A stretch of DNA of 57,190 bases, taken from the NCBI GenBank assembly GCA_044357665.1, contig JBIKPD010000001.1, positions 1 through 57,190 of the forward strand, in the 5' to 3' direction. Positions 9,691 through 19,968 of the stretch are shown here, piece by piece (the stretch's first letter is position 1; each line of letters starts with the position of its first letter). Under the pieces are notes generated by a model. That model was not told the DNA's origin. It saw only the letters and a program-made list of their open reading frames with translations, and did no database searches. The translations under genes were made by a program, and so were the position numbers. Source of the DNA: Roseateles sp. GTDB taxonomy: Bacteria > Pseudomonadota > Gammaproteobacteria > Burkholderiales > Burkholderiaceae_C.

Positions 9691-11745
9691 TCAGCTCGCA
9701 GCGATTACCTCCGGGCTGACAAGGTCATCACCCGGCAAGTCGTCAGATGTCAGGTCAATGGCCAAGGTCAGCGGGCCGCTGCCTGCGGACTCATCGTCGT
9801 CGATGCTGTCGGCCATTTGCGGCGCTTCGTCGAGGCGCTCGATCAGGGACGCATGCAGGTCCAAGGTCATCTCATCGGTACCGGTGATGCGCACGCGCAC
9901 ATGGGTGCCGCGCGGTAGCGCATCGCAGCCTGCGACTTTGAAGACCAGAGGAAGGTCGTCGGCGCGCACCAGGCCATCCTTCATCACGACGGCGTTCATT
10001 TCGGTGATCTGCGTCTGCGTCACATAGCGCAGGGTCCAGAAACGCTCGATGCCGTTCTGGAAACCGTTGTATTCGGCATAAGCCGAGTCAAAACCCGAGA
10101 TGATCGAGAACAGTTGTGCATCTTTGGGCTTGAACGGCGCCACCAGGGCCGCGGTGCGTCCATGCCTGGCGCAGGCAATGATCTGCCATTGATTGACCAG
10201 ATCAACATAGCGGCGCAGCGGCGACGTGGCCCAAGTGTATTGCGCCACACCGAGGCCGGCATGTGGCTGGGCCTTGGTGCCCATACGCACTTTGATGCCC
10301 GGAGCCATGCTGGCCTGGCTGCGATAGATGCCCGGCAGGCCCAACTCGTTCAGCCAGCCGCCCCAGGTCGAGTTGGCCAGAATCATCGCTTCGGCAACGA
10401 TCAGATCAAGCGGTGCACCGCGCTGTCGGGTGCTGATACTGACCAACTCGCTGCCGTCTGGCTCGCCGGGCGAGGCCTCCGGATTGGCGGCGCTCAGGCG
10501 GAAGTTGTAGTCGGGGCGGTTGAAGTTCTCGGGTTTGCCGCGTACGACTTCGCGCTGAGCTTTCAATGACTTGGCAAGCCGGAAGGCGAAAGCCAGTTCA
10601 GGCGCGAATGCATAGTCGGCGGTCGCGTTGCCAGTCAGCGTCGCCTCGGTGATCAAGGCATCGAGCTTGTCATGGCGCAGATTGGCCTTGATCGGCACCA
10701 GTTCGAGCCTTGTCTGGCTGCTCTGGATCGTCATCGTGGCCTCGTCGAGCGTCACATACAGCGATACGGCAGGACAGTTGCGGCCCTCGATCAGCGTGTA
10801 GGCCTGCACCACCTCGTCAGGCAGCATGGTCAGCTTCCAGCCCGGCATATAGACGGTTGAAAGCCGCTCGCGCGCCACCCGATCGATCGCCGAATCGGGC
10901 TGGAATGCCAGGCCGGGTGCGGCGATATGGACACCGAAGACAATGGTGCCGCTGCCCAGGCCTTGCACCGACAGGGCATCGTCGATCTCGGTGGTGGCCG
11001 AATCGTCAATCGAGAAAGCGCCGACCTGCGCCAGCGGCAACTCATCCTTGATCTCGGGCGCGACCAGGGCCGGGAATCCATGGCCGCCGGGGAATTGCTC
11101 GAACAGGAAGCGCTTCCAGTGGAACTGGTAGGCGCTGCTGATGGCACCGGCAGCCTTCAGCAAGTCCAATGGTGCTTTGTGCGAACGCCTTGTCGCTTCG
11201 AGGACGGCCTTGTATTCAGGACCGTTCTTGTCGGGTTTGAAAAGGATTTTGTAGATTTGCTCGCGCACCGGCTCGGGGCAGCTGCCGGCGGCCAACTCGG
11301 TCGCCCATTGTTCGATCTGCAGGCCTTGCAAGCGCTTGCGCTCAAGCCCCAGCAAGGCGGCCTTTACGATTTCTTCGGGCGCCTTCTTGAACATGCCTTT
11401 GCCGGCGCGACGGAAGTAATGCGGCGCGTCGAAAAGCTTGAACAGGGCGGCGGCCTGATGCGCGATGCCGGCCTTGGCGTCGAAATATTCGCGCGCCAGG
11501 TCGGCGAAACCGAAGTCGTTCTCGGGGGCAAATTCCCAGGCCAGGTCGAGGTCGATTTCCTGCGCCAGTCGCTGGGCCTCGGCAATCAGCTCGGCGGGCG
11601 CCGGTTTTTCGAACTTGAGCAGCACATTGGCGGCCTTCACTTTGACGCGTTTGCCCGAATCCAGCTCGATTTGCATCGAGCTATCGGCTTCAGACATCAC
11701 GCGGCCGGCGAGGAATTTTCCGGCATCATCGAACAGAGCAAACAT
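9691..11745 (-). CDS. RNB-domain ribonuclease (RNase II family)
   Basis: SIDDSATTEIDDALS catalytic motif and TSPLRRYVDL. Confidence 0.93.
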   Translation of the reverse strand: MFALFDDAGKFLAGRVMSEADSSMQIELDSGKRVKVKAANVLLKFEKPAPAELIAEAQRLAQEIDLDLAWEFAPENDFGFADLAREYFDAKAGIAHQAAALFKLFDAPHYFRRAGKGMFKKAPEEIVKAALLGLERKRLQGLQIEQWATELAAGSCPEPVREQIYKILFKPDKNGPEYKAVLEATRRSHKAPLDLLKAAGAISSAYQFHWKRFLFEQFPGGHGFPALVAPEIKDELPLAQVGAFSIDDSATTEIDDALSVQGLGSGTIVFGVHIAAPGLAFQPDSAIDRVARERLSTVYMPGWKLTMLPDEVVQAYTLIEGRNCPAVSLYVTLDEATMTIQSSQTRLELVPIKANLRHDKLDALITEATLTGNATADYAFAPELAFAFRLAKSLKAQREVVRGKPENFNRPDYNFRLSAANPEASPGEPDGSELVSISTRQRGAPLDLIVAEAMILANSTWGGWLNELGLPGIYRSQASMAPGIKVRMGTKAQPHAGLGVAQYTWATSPLRRYVDLVNQWQIIACARHGRTAALVAPFKPKDAQLFSIISGFDSAYAEYNGFQNGIERFWTLRYVTQTQITEMNAVVMKDGLVRADDLPLVFKVAGCDALPRGTHVRVRITGTDEMTLDLHASLIERLDEAPQMADSIDDDESAGSGPLTLAIDLTSDDLPGDDLVSPEVIAAS

Positions 11746-11807
11746 ATGGGCGGCATTGTCGCTGATCAGCTGCCTTGACCTGCAAAGCGCAGCGCGGCGG
11801 GCGAGTA

Positions 11808-12599
11808 TCAGCCGGCAACTGCAAGCATCACTGCCGATGACTTGAAGACTGCACTGGCCGACTGGCCGATGCTCAGGGACATCGCTTCGACCGCGTCATT
11901 GGTGACACTGGCGGTGATGACAACGCCGCCTGGCAGCGTCAAGCCGATCAGCGACGAGACGGCGCCCCGCGCGATCCGTGAGATGCTGCCGGCGAGCTGA
12001 TTGCTGGCCGACAGCTTGTAGCCGGCGAAGTCGCCGACCAGCACGATGCTCGAAGCTTTCACCAGAGCGATGGCTTCCTGACCCAATTGCAAGCCGAGTT
12101 GCAGGGCTGCACTGCTGCTCAGCGCCACGGTGATCGCCTGACCGCCGCGCAAGGCGAGCCTGACTTCGGTGGTCACCGGCCCGGACTGGATGGCGGCAAT
12201 GGTTCCGCTGAACTGGTTGCGGGCGCTGGTTTTCATGGCAATTCTCCTCAAGGTTCCGGCCAGGGCCGGTTGTGCATTAATCCAGGCTTCCTGCTGCTGC
12301 AAAAAGTCGGCATGGGCGCGCTGCAACTGCTTCCAGGCATCGAGCAGGGCCTGACCTGCGAGGGTCAACTGGCTGCCCCCGCCGCCCCGGCCGCCGGTGC
12401 TGCGGGTCAACAAGGCCGCATGGGCCAGGTTGGCCGCAGTTTCGAGCAAAAGCCAGGCGCCCTTGTAGCTGTAGCCTGCGGTGCTGGCGGCACGGCTGAT
12501 CGAACCGGTGGCCGCGACCGCTTCGAGCAGCGCAAAGAACCGCGCATCGAGCCGACCGGCCAGACGCAACTCGCCGCTGAGAATTCTCGCCTCAGCCAT
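11808..12599 (-). CDS. modE: Molybdate-responsive regulator (wHTH plus two TOBE domains)
   Basis: GSISRAA...SYKGAW, TGGRGGGGSQLT, KTSARNQ and second SASNQL Mop repeat. Confidence 0.92.
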   Translation of the reverse strand: MAEARILSGELRLAGRLDARFFALLEAVAATGSISRAASTAGYSYKGAWLLLETAANLAHAALLTRSTGGRGGGGSQLTLAGQALLDAWKQLQRAHADFLQQQEAWINAQPALAGTLRRIAMKTSARNQFSGTIAAIQSGPVTTEVRLALRGGQAITVALSSSAALQLGLQLGQEAIALVKASSIVLVGDFAGYKLSASNQLAGSISRIARGAVSSLIGLTLPGGVVITASVTNDAVEAMSLSIGQSASAVFKSSAVMLAVAG

Positions 12600-13371
12600 C
12601 GCTGTCTGGGTCGAGCAATTGGCCGATGCGGCGTGCCAGCGGATGCGGCATTGGGCCGGGCTTGGCGGGACTGAAAAACTCGCTCGCTGCGCCACTGGCC
12701 AGATCGATTTGACGCATGACCTGGCCCTGTTCGATCACCAGCGCCTCGTCGGCCAGCGCCAGCACATCGTCGACATCATGGCTGATCATCACGATCGGGA
12801 TCTGCCACTGTTCGCGCAACTGCTTCAGTTGTTCGCGCATGCCGCGCCGCAGCAGCGGGTTCAAGGCAGCAAAGGGCTCGTCCAAAAGCAGCAATTCGGG
12901 TCTGCAGGCCAGCGCACGGGCCAGCGCAACACGCTGCTGCTGGCCACCTGACAGATCGGCCGGCCTGGCTTCAGCCAATCCCTGCAGATCGAAGCGCTGC
13001 AACAGCGTTGTGACCCAATCCTGGTCTTCGCGGCTCAAGCGCGGTTGGCGCCAACTACCCAGGCCAAAGCCGATGTTGGCGCGTACCGACAGGTGCGGAA
13101 ACAGGGCATAGCTCTGGAATAAATAGCCGATACGGCGCTCAGCAGGTGCCAGGTTGATGCCTTGCTGCGAGTTGAACAGGCTGCGCCCGCCGATGCGCAC
13201 ATGACCGCCGTCGGGGCGCAGCAGGCCGGCCATCGCCTGCAAGGTCAACGATTTGCCGGCGCCTGAGGGCCCGAACAGTGCCAACACCGGCGCAGCCGAG
13301 CTGAAACTCACCCGCAGTTCGAAGCGGCGCTGTTTGTCCCGAAGGCTCAGTTTCAGGTCGACATCGATCAT
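12592..13371 (-). CDS. modC: Molybdate ABC transporter ATPase
   Basis: GPSGAGKS, LSGGQQQRVALARAL, LLLDEPF; start MIDVDL overlaps the modA stop. Confidence 0.9.
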   Translation of the reverse strand: MIDVDLKLSLRDKQRRFELRVSFSSAAPVLALFGPSGAGKSLTLQAMAGLLRPDGGHVRIGGRSLFNSQQGINLAPAERRIGYLFQSYALFPHLSVRANIGFGLGSWRQPRLSREDQDWVTTLLQRFDLQGLAEARPADLSGGQQQRVALARALACRPELLLLDEPFAALNPLLRRGMREQLKQLREQWQIPIVMISHDVDDVLALADEALVIEQGQVMRQIDLASGAASEFFSPAKPGPMPHPLARRIGQLLDPDSDG

Positions 13372-14099
13372 GGTCTGGAAAACCCATGGTTGATCAAGAC
13401 CTGCTGTGCTGCAGTCGACTGCAGATAGTCGACGAATTGCTGCGCCAGCCGCGCTTGCCTCGCCTCGCGGGCGACTGCGACAGGATATTGCGCAGCGCCA
13501 GCGAACTGCTCGACGATGCGCACCTGACCGGCCATCGACAGCGCGTCGCTTCGATAGACGATGCCGGCTTGCACTTCGCCACGCGCGACATGTGAAAGTG
13601 CCTGACGAACATTCCCGGCTTGCACATATTTCGGTAGCAGTTGTTCCCATAGGCCGGCCTTTTCCAGCGTCTGGCGGGCATAGCGGCCGGCCGGTACGCT
13701 GGCCGGGTTGCCGATCGCGATGCGACGAACGTCGTTTCGAGTCAGATCGTTCAGCTGCTGCAACGGCAATCCCCCTTGCGTCGGGACGATCAGTACCAGC
13801 TGGTTGGCGCTGAAGTTGCGCCGGCTGCCGGGAATGATCAGCTGCTGGCGTTGCGCGCTGTCCATGCTCTCCTGGTCGGCGCTGGCGATCAGGTCGACCG
13901 GGGCTCCCTGTGCGAGTTGCTGCACCAGCAATACCGATGCTGCAAAGTTCAGGCGCAGGCGGGTTCCGGGGTGAGCCGCCTCGAAGTTGTGGCTGATCTC
14001 GCGCATCGCATCGCTCAGGCTGGAAGCGGCCGAGATCGTCAACTGCTGCGCATTGACCAGCAAGGGCCAGGTCAGGAACAAGGTCAGGAGCCAGCGCAT
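13368..14099 (-). CDS. modA: Molybdate ABC transporter substrate-binding protein
   Basis: Signal peptide, SAASSL, FAAS, VPAGRYA, NVRQAL, IVYRSDA. Confidence 0.93.
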   Translation of the reverse strand: MRWLLTLFLTWPLLVNAQQLTISAASSLSDAMREISHNFEAAHPGTRLRLNFAASVLLVQQLAQGAPVDLIASADQESMDSAQRQQLIIPGSRRNFSANQLVLIVPTQGGLPLQQLNDLTRNDVRRIAIGNPASVPAGRYARQTLEKAGLWEQLLPKYVQAGNVRQALSHVARGEVQAGIVYRSDALSMAGQVRIVEQFAGAAQYPVAVAREARQARLAQQFVDYLQSTAAQQVLINHGFSRP

Positions 14100-14106
14100 T
14101 GGCAGC

Positions 14107-14781
14107 TCAGGCGCGGCTGAAAAGCCGCCGTGACAAGATCAACACGGCCATCGCGATTGCCGAAGTCAGCAGCACCAGCCACAGAGCGGTGTCATCGTTG
14201 CCGCTTTGAACTGCATCGTAGATCGCCATCGAAGCAGTCTGGGTTTGTTTCGGAATCGAGCCCGCAACCATCAGCGAAGCGCCGAATTCGCCCATCGCCC
14301 GGGCAAAAGCCAGCAGGCCTCCGGCCAAAATGCCGGGCCAGGCCAAGGGCAAGGTGATGCGCAGGAAGACGCCCCAGGGCGTTTGCCGCAGGGTCCGCGC
14401 TGCAGCTTCCAGGGTCGGATCGACCGCGCCAAACGCAGCCCGGGCTGATTGCAGGACCAGCGGCAAGGCCACCAGCGCCGAGGCCAGTACGGCGCCATGC
14501 CAGCTGAAGATGATCGAATAGTCGAAATGATCATGTAGCCAGCCGCCCAGCGCGCTGCGGCGCCCCATCAGCACCAACAGGCCGTAGCCGACGACGGTTG
14601 GTGGCAGGACCAAGGGCAACATGCAGGCCGCCTCGAGCAGGCCAGAACCGGGAAAAGGCCGGCGTGCAAACAGCCAGCCCAACGCCACGCCAGCGACCAA
14701 AGCCAGCAGCGTGGCAACACCGGCCACTTGCAGCGACAGCAACAGCGGAAACCAGTCGAGCGTAGAAAAGGCGCTGAGCAT
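14107..14781 (-). CDS. modB: Molybdate ABC transporter permease
   Basis: LPLVLPPTVVGY, EAAARTL, FARAMGEFGA. Confidence 0.95.
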   Translation of the reverse strand: MLSAFSTLDWFPLLLSLQVAGVATLLALVAGVALGWLFARRPFPGSGLLEAACMLPLVLPPTVVGYGLLVLMGRRSALGGWLHDHFDYSIIFSWHGAVLASALVALPLVLQSARAAFGAVDPTLEAAARTLRQTPWGVFLRITLPLAWPGILAGGLLAFARAMGEFGASLMVAGSIPKQTQTASMAIYDAVQSGNDDTALWLVLLTSAIAMAVLILSRRLFSRA

Positions 14782-14808
14782 TCGTTATGTAATCAGTTAC
14801 ATAACGAT
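14781..14808. promoter_or_regulatory. ModE-binding operator
   Basis: Perfect inverted repeat TCGTTATGTAA-tcag-TTACATAACGA (14782-14807) fitting the ModE consensus ATCGnTATATA-N6-TATATAnCGAT; possible -10 TATGAT on the minus strand at 14812-14807. Confidence 0.88.
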
Positions 14809-14865
14809 CATAGCCTTGTTCAAACCGCAGACTCTTGCCTGGCCTCGTCAGCGCTCGGGCCGGGT

Positions 14866-17448
14866 TTATCCGGCGGTGATTCGCATCGCCAGATGGGCCA
14901 ACGCTTCTTCGACCTGGTCAACCAGTACCAAGCAAAGGTCGCCCGGCTCGAGTCGGGCCAAGGCCATGTCGATGGCGATGAATTCGCCCTGGATTTCAGT
15001 GATGAAACTGGTTCGGCTGGCGCCTTGCAGACCTTCGCGCAACAGCGCCAGCACCTCGCCATCGGCACGCCCGCGCTGGCAGGCATCCTCGAACAGGATC
15101 ACCTCGTCAAACGCCGCGCCGAGCACCTGGGTCTGTTCGATGATGTCGTTGTCACGCCGGTCGCCGGCGCCGCTGATCACCACCGAACGCTTCTTGCCCG
15201 GCAGCGCCTGTACCGCAGCGACCAGCGCGCGCATCGCATCGGCGTTGTGGCCATAGTCGGCAATGACGGTGGCGCCTCGGTAGTCCATCACATTGAAGCG
15301 CCCTGGCGCATTGTCCGCATCGTTGGCAAAGCTGGCCAGACCGCGCCGCACCGTGTCCCAATCCAGCCCGACACCCCAGGCGGCGGCGACAGAAGCCATC
15401 GCGTTCTCGACCTGGAAGCCGATGGCTCCGCCGCGGGTGATCGGAATGTCGCGCAAGGCGATGTTCTCGCGCCAACTGCCCTGTGCTGCGACCAGCATCT
15501 CGCCGTCGATGAAGACACAGCGCTTGCCTTGCGCGCGGTGCGTTGCCATCAGCGGATGGTGCCGGTCAGCGGCAAAAAATATCACCTGGCCCGGACAAGT
15601 CGATGCCATATTGGCGACCACCGGATCCGCAGCGTTGAGCACTGCATAGCCGCCGGGCGCGACGTTCTGCACGATCACGCGCTTGACCAGCGCGAGTTCG
15701 TCCACGGTATTGAGAAAATTCATCCCCAAGTGGTCGCCGGCGCCCAGATTTGTCACCACCGCCACCTGGCAGCGGTCGAATCCGAGGCCTTCACGCAAGA
15801 TGCCGCCGCGAGCGGTCTCGAAGACTGCCGCTTCGACGTCAGGGTGCATCAATACATTGCGCGCGCTCTTCGGGCCCGAGCAGTCACCGCTGTCGGTCTG
15901 GCGCCCGTCAATGGTCACGCCATCGGTATTGGTCATGCCGACCTTCAGTCCGCAGGTCGTGAACAGATGTGCGATCAGGCGCGTCGTTGTCGTCTTGCCG
16001 TTGGTGCCACTGACGGCGACGACCGGGATGCGGCCGTCTTCTTGCTTGTTCGGACCAGCACCATAGAGGTGCGCAATGATGGCTTCCCCGACATTGCGGC
16101 CCTTGCCGTAGGAAGGCGACAGGTGCATGCGCAGACCCGGTGCAGCATTGACTTCGACGATGCCGCCGCTTTGTTCTTCAAGCGGGCGCAGGACGCTTTC
16201 GGTGACGATGTCAACGCCGCAGACATGCAGACCGACGACCTGTGCGGCAGCAATCGCCCTTGCGGCAACTTCTGGATGCACATCGTCGGTGACATCGGTG
16301 GCGGTGCCGCCGGTCGACAAATTGGCGTTGTTGCGCAGGATCACGCGGCGGCCTTTTTCAGGCACCGACTCGGGACTCAGGCCCTGCATTTCCAAGCGGG
16401 CCACCGCGATCTCGTCAAAGCGGATCTTGGTCAGCGAGGTCGCGTGACCATCGCCTCGTTTCGGATCGGCGTTGACCCGATCGACCAATTGCTTGACTTG
16501 ATGCTTGCCATCGCCGATCACATGCGGCGGGTCGCGCCTGGCTGCGGCAACCAGTTTGTCGCCGACCACCAGCAGCCGGTAGTCGCTGCCAGGCAGAAAT
16601 TTCTCCACCATCACATGACCGATTTCTTCGGCGACGCGGTAGGCGGTTTCCATGTCTTCACGCGTGTTGACATTGACGGTCACGCCCTTGCCCTGGTTGC
16701 CGTCCTGCGGTTTGACCACGACCGGCAGGCCGAGTTCTACTGCCACCTGCCAAGCTTCGTCGATGCTGTCGACCGGTTGACCGAGCGGCACCGGCACACC
16801 CGCTGACTGCAGCAGGCGTTTGCTCAAGTCCTTGTCCTGGGCGATCGATTCGGAAACCGCGCTGGTCGCGTCGACCTCGGCCGCCCAGATACGGCGCTGC
16901 TTGGCGCCCCAGCCGAACTGCACCAGGCTACCCTGTGTCAGCCTGCGGTAGGGGACGCCGCGCGCCACCGCGGCATCGACGATCGCGCCGGTGGAAGGCC
17001 CGAGCCGTACATCTTCATCGAGTTCACGCAGTTGCGCCAAGCTGGCATCGGCGTCGAAACTGCCATCGTCGCGCGCCGCCTCAACCAAGCGGCAGGCGGC
17101 CTCGAAGGCAAGCCGGCCGACATCTTCCTCGCTGTACTCGACCACGACCTGGAAACTGCCCGGCTCGCTGGTCACATGGGTGCGACTGAAAGTGACCGGG
17201 CAGCCGGCTTGCGCCTGCAAAGCCAGCGTGGCCTGTTCCAGCACATGGGCCAGGGAAATCAGCGGATGCTGGGTGCTGGCCGGGCGCAAGGCACCGATGC
17301 TGGGGAAAATGGCGCGCAACCTGGCTTCAAAACCCGGTAAATTGGCGATCGACTGCTCGATCTCATTGCAGTGAACAATCGCTTCAATGGCCGTATGCCG
17401 GCTCCACATATTCGGGCCACGCAAGGCCCTTGTGCGAGAAACTTCCAT
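14866..17448 (-). CDS. cphA: Cyanophycin synthetase (full length)
   Basis: RALRGPNMWS, LGPSTGAIV, ATP-grasp VVKPQDGNQGKGV, Mur-like [20 protein letters not shown]. Confidence 0.95.
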   Translation of the reverse strand: MEVSRTRALRGPNMWSRHTAIEAIVHCNEIEQSIANLPGFEARLRAIFPSIGALRPASTQHPLISLAHVLEQATLALQAQAGCPVTFSRTHVTSEPGSFQVVVEYSEEDVGRLAFEAACRLVEAARDDGSFDADASLAQLRELDEDVRLGPSTGAIVDAAVARGVPYRRLTQGSLVQFGWGAKQRRIWAAEVDATSAVSESIAQDKDLSKRLLQSAGVPVPLGQPVDSIDEAWQVAVELGLPVVVKPQDGNQGKGVTVNVNTREDMETAYRVAEEIGHVMVEKFLPGSDYRLLVVGDKLVAAARRDPPHVIGDGKHQVKQLVDRVNADPKRGDGHATSLTKIRFDEIAVARLEMQGLSPESVPEKGRRVILRNNANLSTGGTATDVTDDVHPEVAARAIAAAQVVGLHVCGVDIVTESVLRPLEEQSGGIVEVNAAPGLRMHLSPSYGKGRNVGEAIIAHLYGAGPNKQEDGRIPVVAVSGTNGKTTTTRLIAHLFTTCGLKVGMTNTDGVTIDGRQTDSGDCSGPKSARNVLMHPDVEAAVFETARGGILREGLGFDRCQVAVVTNLGAGDHLGMNFLNTVDELALVKRVIVQNVAPGGYAVLNAADPVVANMASTCPGQVIFFAADRHHPLMATHRAQGKRCVFIDGEMLVAAQGSWRENIALRDIPITRGGAIGFQVENAMASVAAAWGVGLDWDTVRRGLASFANDADNAPGRFNVMDYRGATVIADYGHNADAMRALVAAVQALPGKKRSVVISGAGDRRDNDIIEQTQVLGAAFDEVILFEDACQRGRADGEVLALLREGLQGASRTSFITEIQGEFIAIDMALARLEPGDLCLVLVDQVEEALAHLAMRITAG

Positions 17449-17504
17449 AGGTCAAATTCCGGTTTCGTTCAAGGATTGTTCTGGCTGGGCTGCGTTGCTT
17501 TGAT

Positions 17505-19700
17505 TCAGGCCTTGGTATCACCAGGCAGTGCCGGCACGAAAGTATCCATGCCGGCTGAAATCAGCTCGGGTGAAATATTCAGGGCCCAGGCTGCGGCGAC
17601 CGCCGCCAATACTGTGGAGGCATCGACTTCCGCGCTGATTGTTTTCTTGCTGGCAGCAAAGCGGCGCAGCAAGGCGTCGACATTGGCGCCCGAAGTTTCC
17701 GATTGCCCTTGCGCCAGCACGGCCGCGCCGCGTTGCAAAAAGACCGCCCTCCCGCCCTTGGCCCGATGCTCGGCCATTGCCGGCAACTTGCCGTCGACGG
17801 CATAGAGAATCACTTCGCCATCGCTGAGTTCGGCCATTTCGGGCAGTCTTGGCACCGCCGCGTTGAGTACGGCGACGCCTTCGCCGAGCACGACATCGAT
17901 CTGTGTGCGCAGCACCTTGTAGAGCTGGTCTTCGTTGTGCACATCGAATTCGGCCAGTGATTCAATGCCGTCCAGGTCGGTGACGATGCCGACCAGGCAG
18001 CGGTCATAGGACAGACCATCGCGCAGCACCGAGGCAGCGCTGTTCTCGATCACGACCGCGTCGATGCCTCGGTTGATCAGCAGCCGATGTGCAGCATCCC
18101 AGCGCGCACTGTCCTTGCGTTCGACGCGACGGGTACCCAGGAACAAGCCGTCGCGGCAGGCCAGCCCGACATGGCGGCCGTTCAAATGCAGCAACCAGGC
18201 GACCAGCCGGGAGATCGTCTGTGTGCCGCGCGAGCCGGCCACGCCGATGACCGGAATGCGGCCGTTCTCCTCCTCGGCAAACAAATGGTCAATGATTGCC
18301 TTGCCGACGGGTTGGGGTTTGCCTTCGGCGGGCTTCAAATGCATCAGCAGGCCCGGGCCGGCATTGACTTCGACGACGGCGCCGCCCTGTTCATGCAAGG
18401 GGCGGCTGATGTCCTCGGCCACGACATCGACGCCGGCGATGTCAAGACCGACGACGCGTGCCGCCAAGGCCACCGCATGGGCGACTTCGGGGTGCACTTC
18501 GGCCGTGCAATCGATCGACACATTGCCGTTGCGCTGTATCAGCACGCGGCGACCGGCCGCGGGGATGGCGCTGACGCTCAAGCCCTGGCGTTCCAGGTCA
18601 AGCAGGATGACGCCGTCGCTGGCGGCGTTCAGGCGGTTCAGCGGGAACTCTTCGGTCTGCCCGCGCCGCGGGTCGGAATTGATCTGCAGCTCGACCAGCT
18701 CGAGCACGGTCGACTTGCCGTCGCCGAGCACCCAGGCGACTTCGCCGCGGGCGGCTGCAACGAGTTGCCCGCCGACCACCAGCAAGCGGTGTTCATTGCC
18801 GCGGATATAGCGTTCGACCAGAACTTCGCTGCCATGGCGCTGGGCAACGTCGAAAGCGGCCAATACATCGTCGCGCAGTTTCAGATCCAGCGTCACGCCG
18901 CGGCCATGATTGCCATCGGACGGCTTGACGACCACCGGCAGCCCCAGTTCCTCTGCGGCTTCCCAGGCTTCTTGAGCCGATTTGACTGCACGGCCTTCGG
19001 GCACCGGCACACCGCAGGCTTTCAACAGGGTCTTGGTCAGATCCTTGTCGCCGGCAATGCCTTCGGCGATCGCGCTGGTCATATCGGTCTCTGCCGTCCA
19101 GATGCGGCGCTGGCGCGCACCATGGCCAAGCTGTACCAGATTGCCGTCATTGAGGCGGATATGCGGAATGAGGCGGTCGGTGGCGGCGGCGACGATGGCC
19201 GCTGTCGACGGGCCGAGATAGCAGTCGTCGAGCTTGTCGCGGACCCGGGTGACGGCGGCTTCGACATCGAAGGGCAGGCTGTTGATCGTGGCCATCAACA
19301 AGGCATGACCTTCAGCCAGGGCGCTACGGGCGACCTGTTCGTCACGGGCGCGGAACACCATCCGGTAGACGCCGCGGGTCGAAGTGCTGCGGGTCTGACC
19401 AAACCCGGTTGGCATGCCCGAGAGGTTGAGTAACTCGATGACGACATGCTCGAGTACATGACCGCACCAGGTGCCTTCGACCAAGCGCTGCATGAATCCG
19501 CCGCGCTCGCCCACACCGCAATGGTGCTCACCCAGGGCCGGCAAGGCTTTGGTGATGCGATCAGTGAAACCGTCGAGCAGGTTGGTCGGCAAATCCTCCA
19601 GCTCGCCCAGATCCAGCCAGACCTCCAGCACCGGGCGGTAAGTCCACATATTCGGGCCGCGCAGATAATTGACGCGCAGCAGCTTGATATCGTTTCTCAT
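17505..19700 (-). CDS. cphA: Cyanophycin synthetase paralog with truncated, degenerate Mur-like domain (CphA'-like)
   Basis: YLRGPNMW, LGPSTAAIV, KPSDGNHGRGV; P-loop degenerate (GSRGTQTI) and no DYxHN region; 731 aa. Confidence 0.88.
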   Translation of the reverse strand: MRNDIKLLRVNYLRGPNMWTYRPVLEVWLDLGELEDLPTNLLDGFTDRITKALPALGEHHCGVGERGGFMQRLVEGTWCGHVLEHVVIELLNLSGMPTGFGQTRSTSTRGVYRMVFRARDEQVARSALAEGHALLMATINSLPFDVEAAVTRVRDKLDDCYLGPSTAAIVAAATDRLIPHIRLNDGNLVQLGHGARQRRIWTAETDMTSAIAEGIAGDKDLTKTLLKACGVPVPEGRAVKSAQEAWEAAEELGLPVVVKPSDGNHGRGVTLDLKLRDDVLAAFDVAQRHGSEVLVERYIRGNEHRLLVVGGQLVAAARGEVAWVLGDGKSTVLELVELQINSDPRRGQTEEFPLNRLNAASDGVILLDLERQGLSVSAIPAAGRRVLIQRNGNVSIDCTAEVHPEVAHAVALAARVVGLDIAGVDVVAEDISRPLHEQGGAVVEVNAGPGLLMHLKPAEGKPQPVGKAIIDHLFAEEENGRIPVIGVAGSRGTQTISRLVAWLLHLNGRHVGLACRDGLFLGTRRVERKDSARWDAAHRLLINRGIDAVVIENSAASVLRDGLSYDRCLVGIVTDLDGIESLAEFDVHNEDQLYKVLRTQIDVVLGEGVAVLNAAVPRLPEMAELSDGEVILYAVDGKLPAMAEHRAKGGRAVFLQRGAAVLAQGQSETSGANVDALLRRFAASKKTISAEVDASTVLAAVAAAWALNISPELISAGMDTFVPALPGDTKA

Positions 19701-19968
19701 AGGTAGCTTGCCCGTTCAGGGCCGGACGCATTGACGAGGAATGAGGCAGGGCGTGATTGTGCGCCCAGTTCGGTATCAGTCAGATGGAACAGTATGCCGA
19801 TGGCAAAGCAGCTCATCGGGTGCGACCCGAGCTTACGCAGTCGCAGTATTTTCGCTGGCTGTTTCTGGGACAGTTTGATGAATTGACCGGTCGGTGCACG
19901 GTCTTGAGTGAAAATCGGCCTTCAAACATTGCCAAGGGCCGATCCCGGCCTCCTGGCTGAAAAACATA

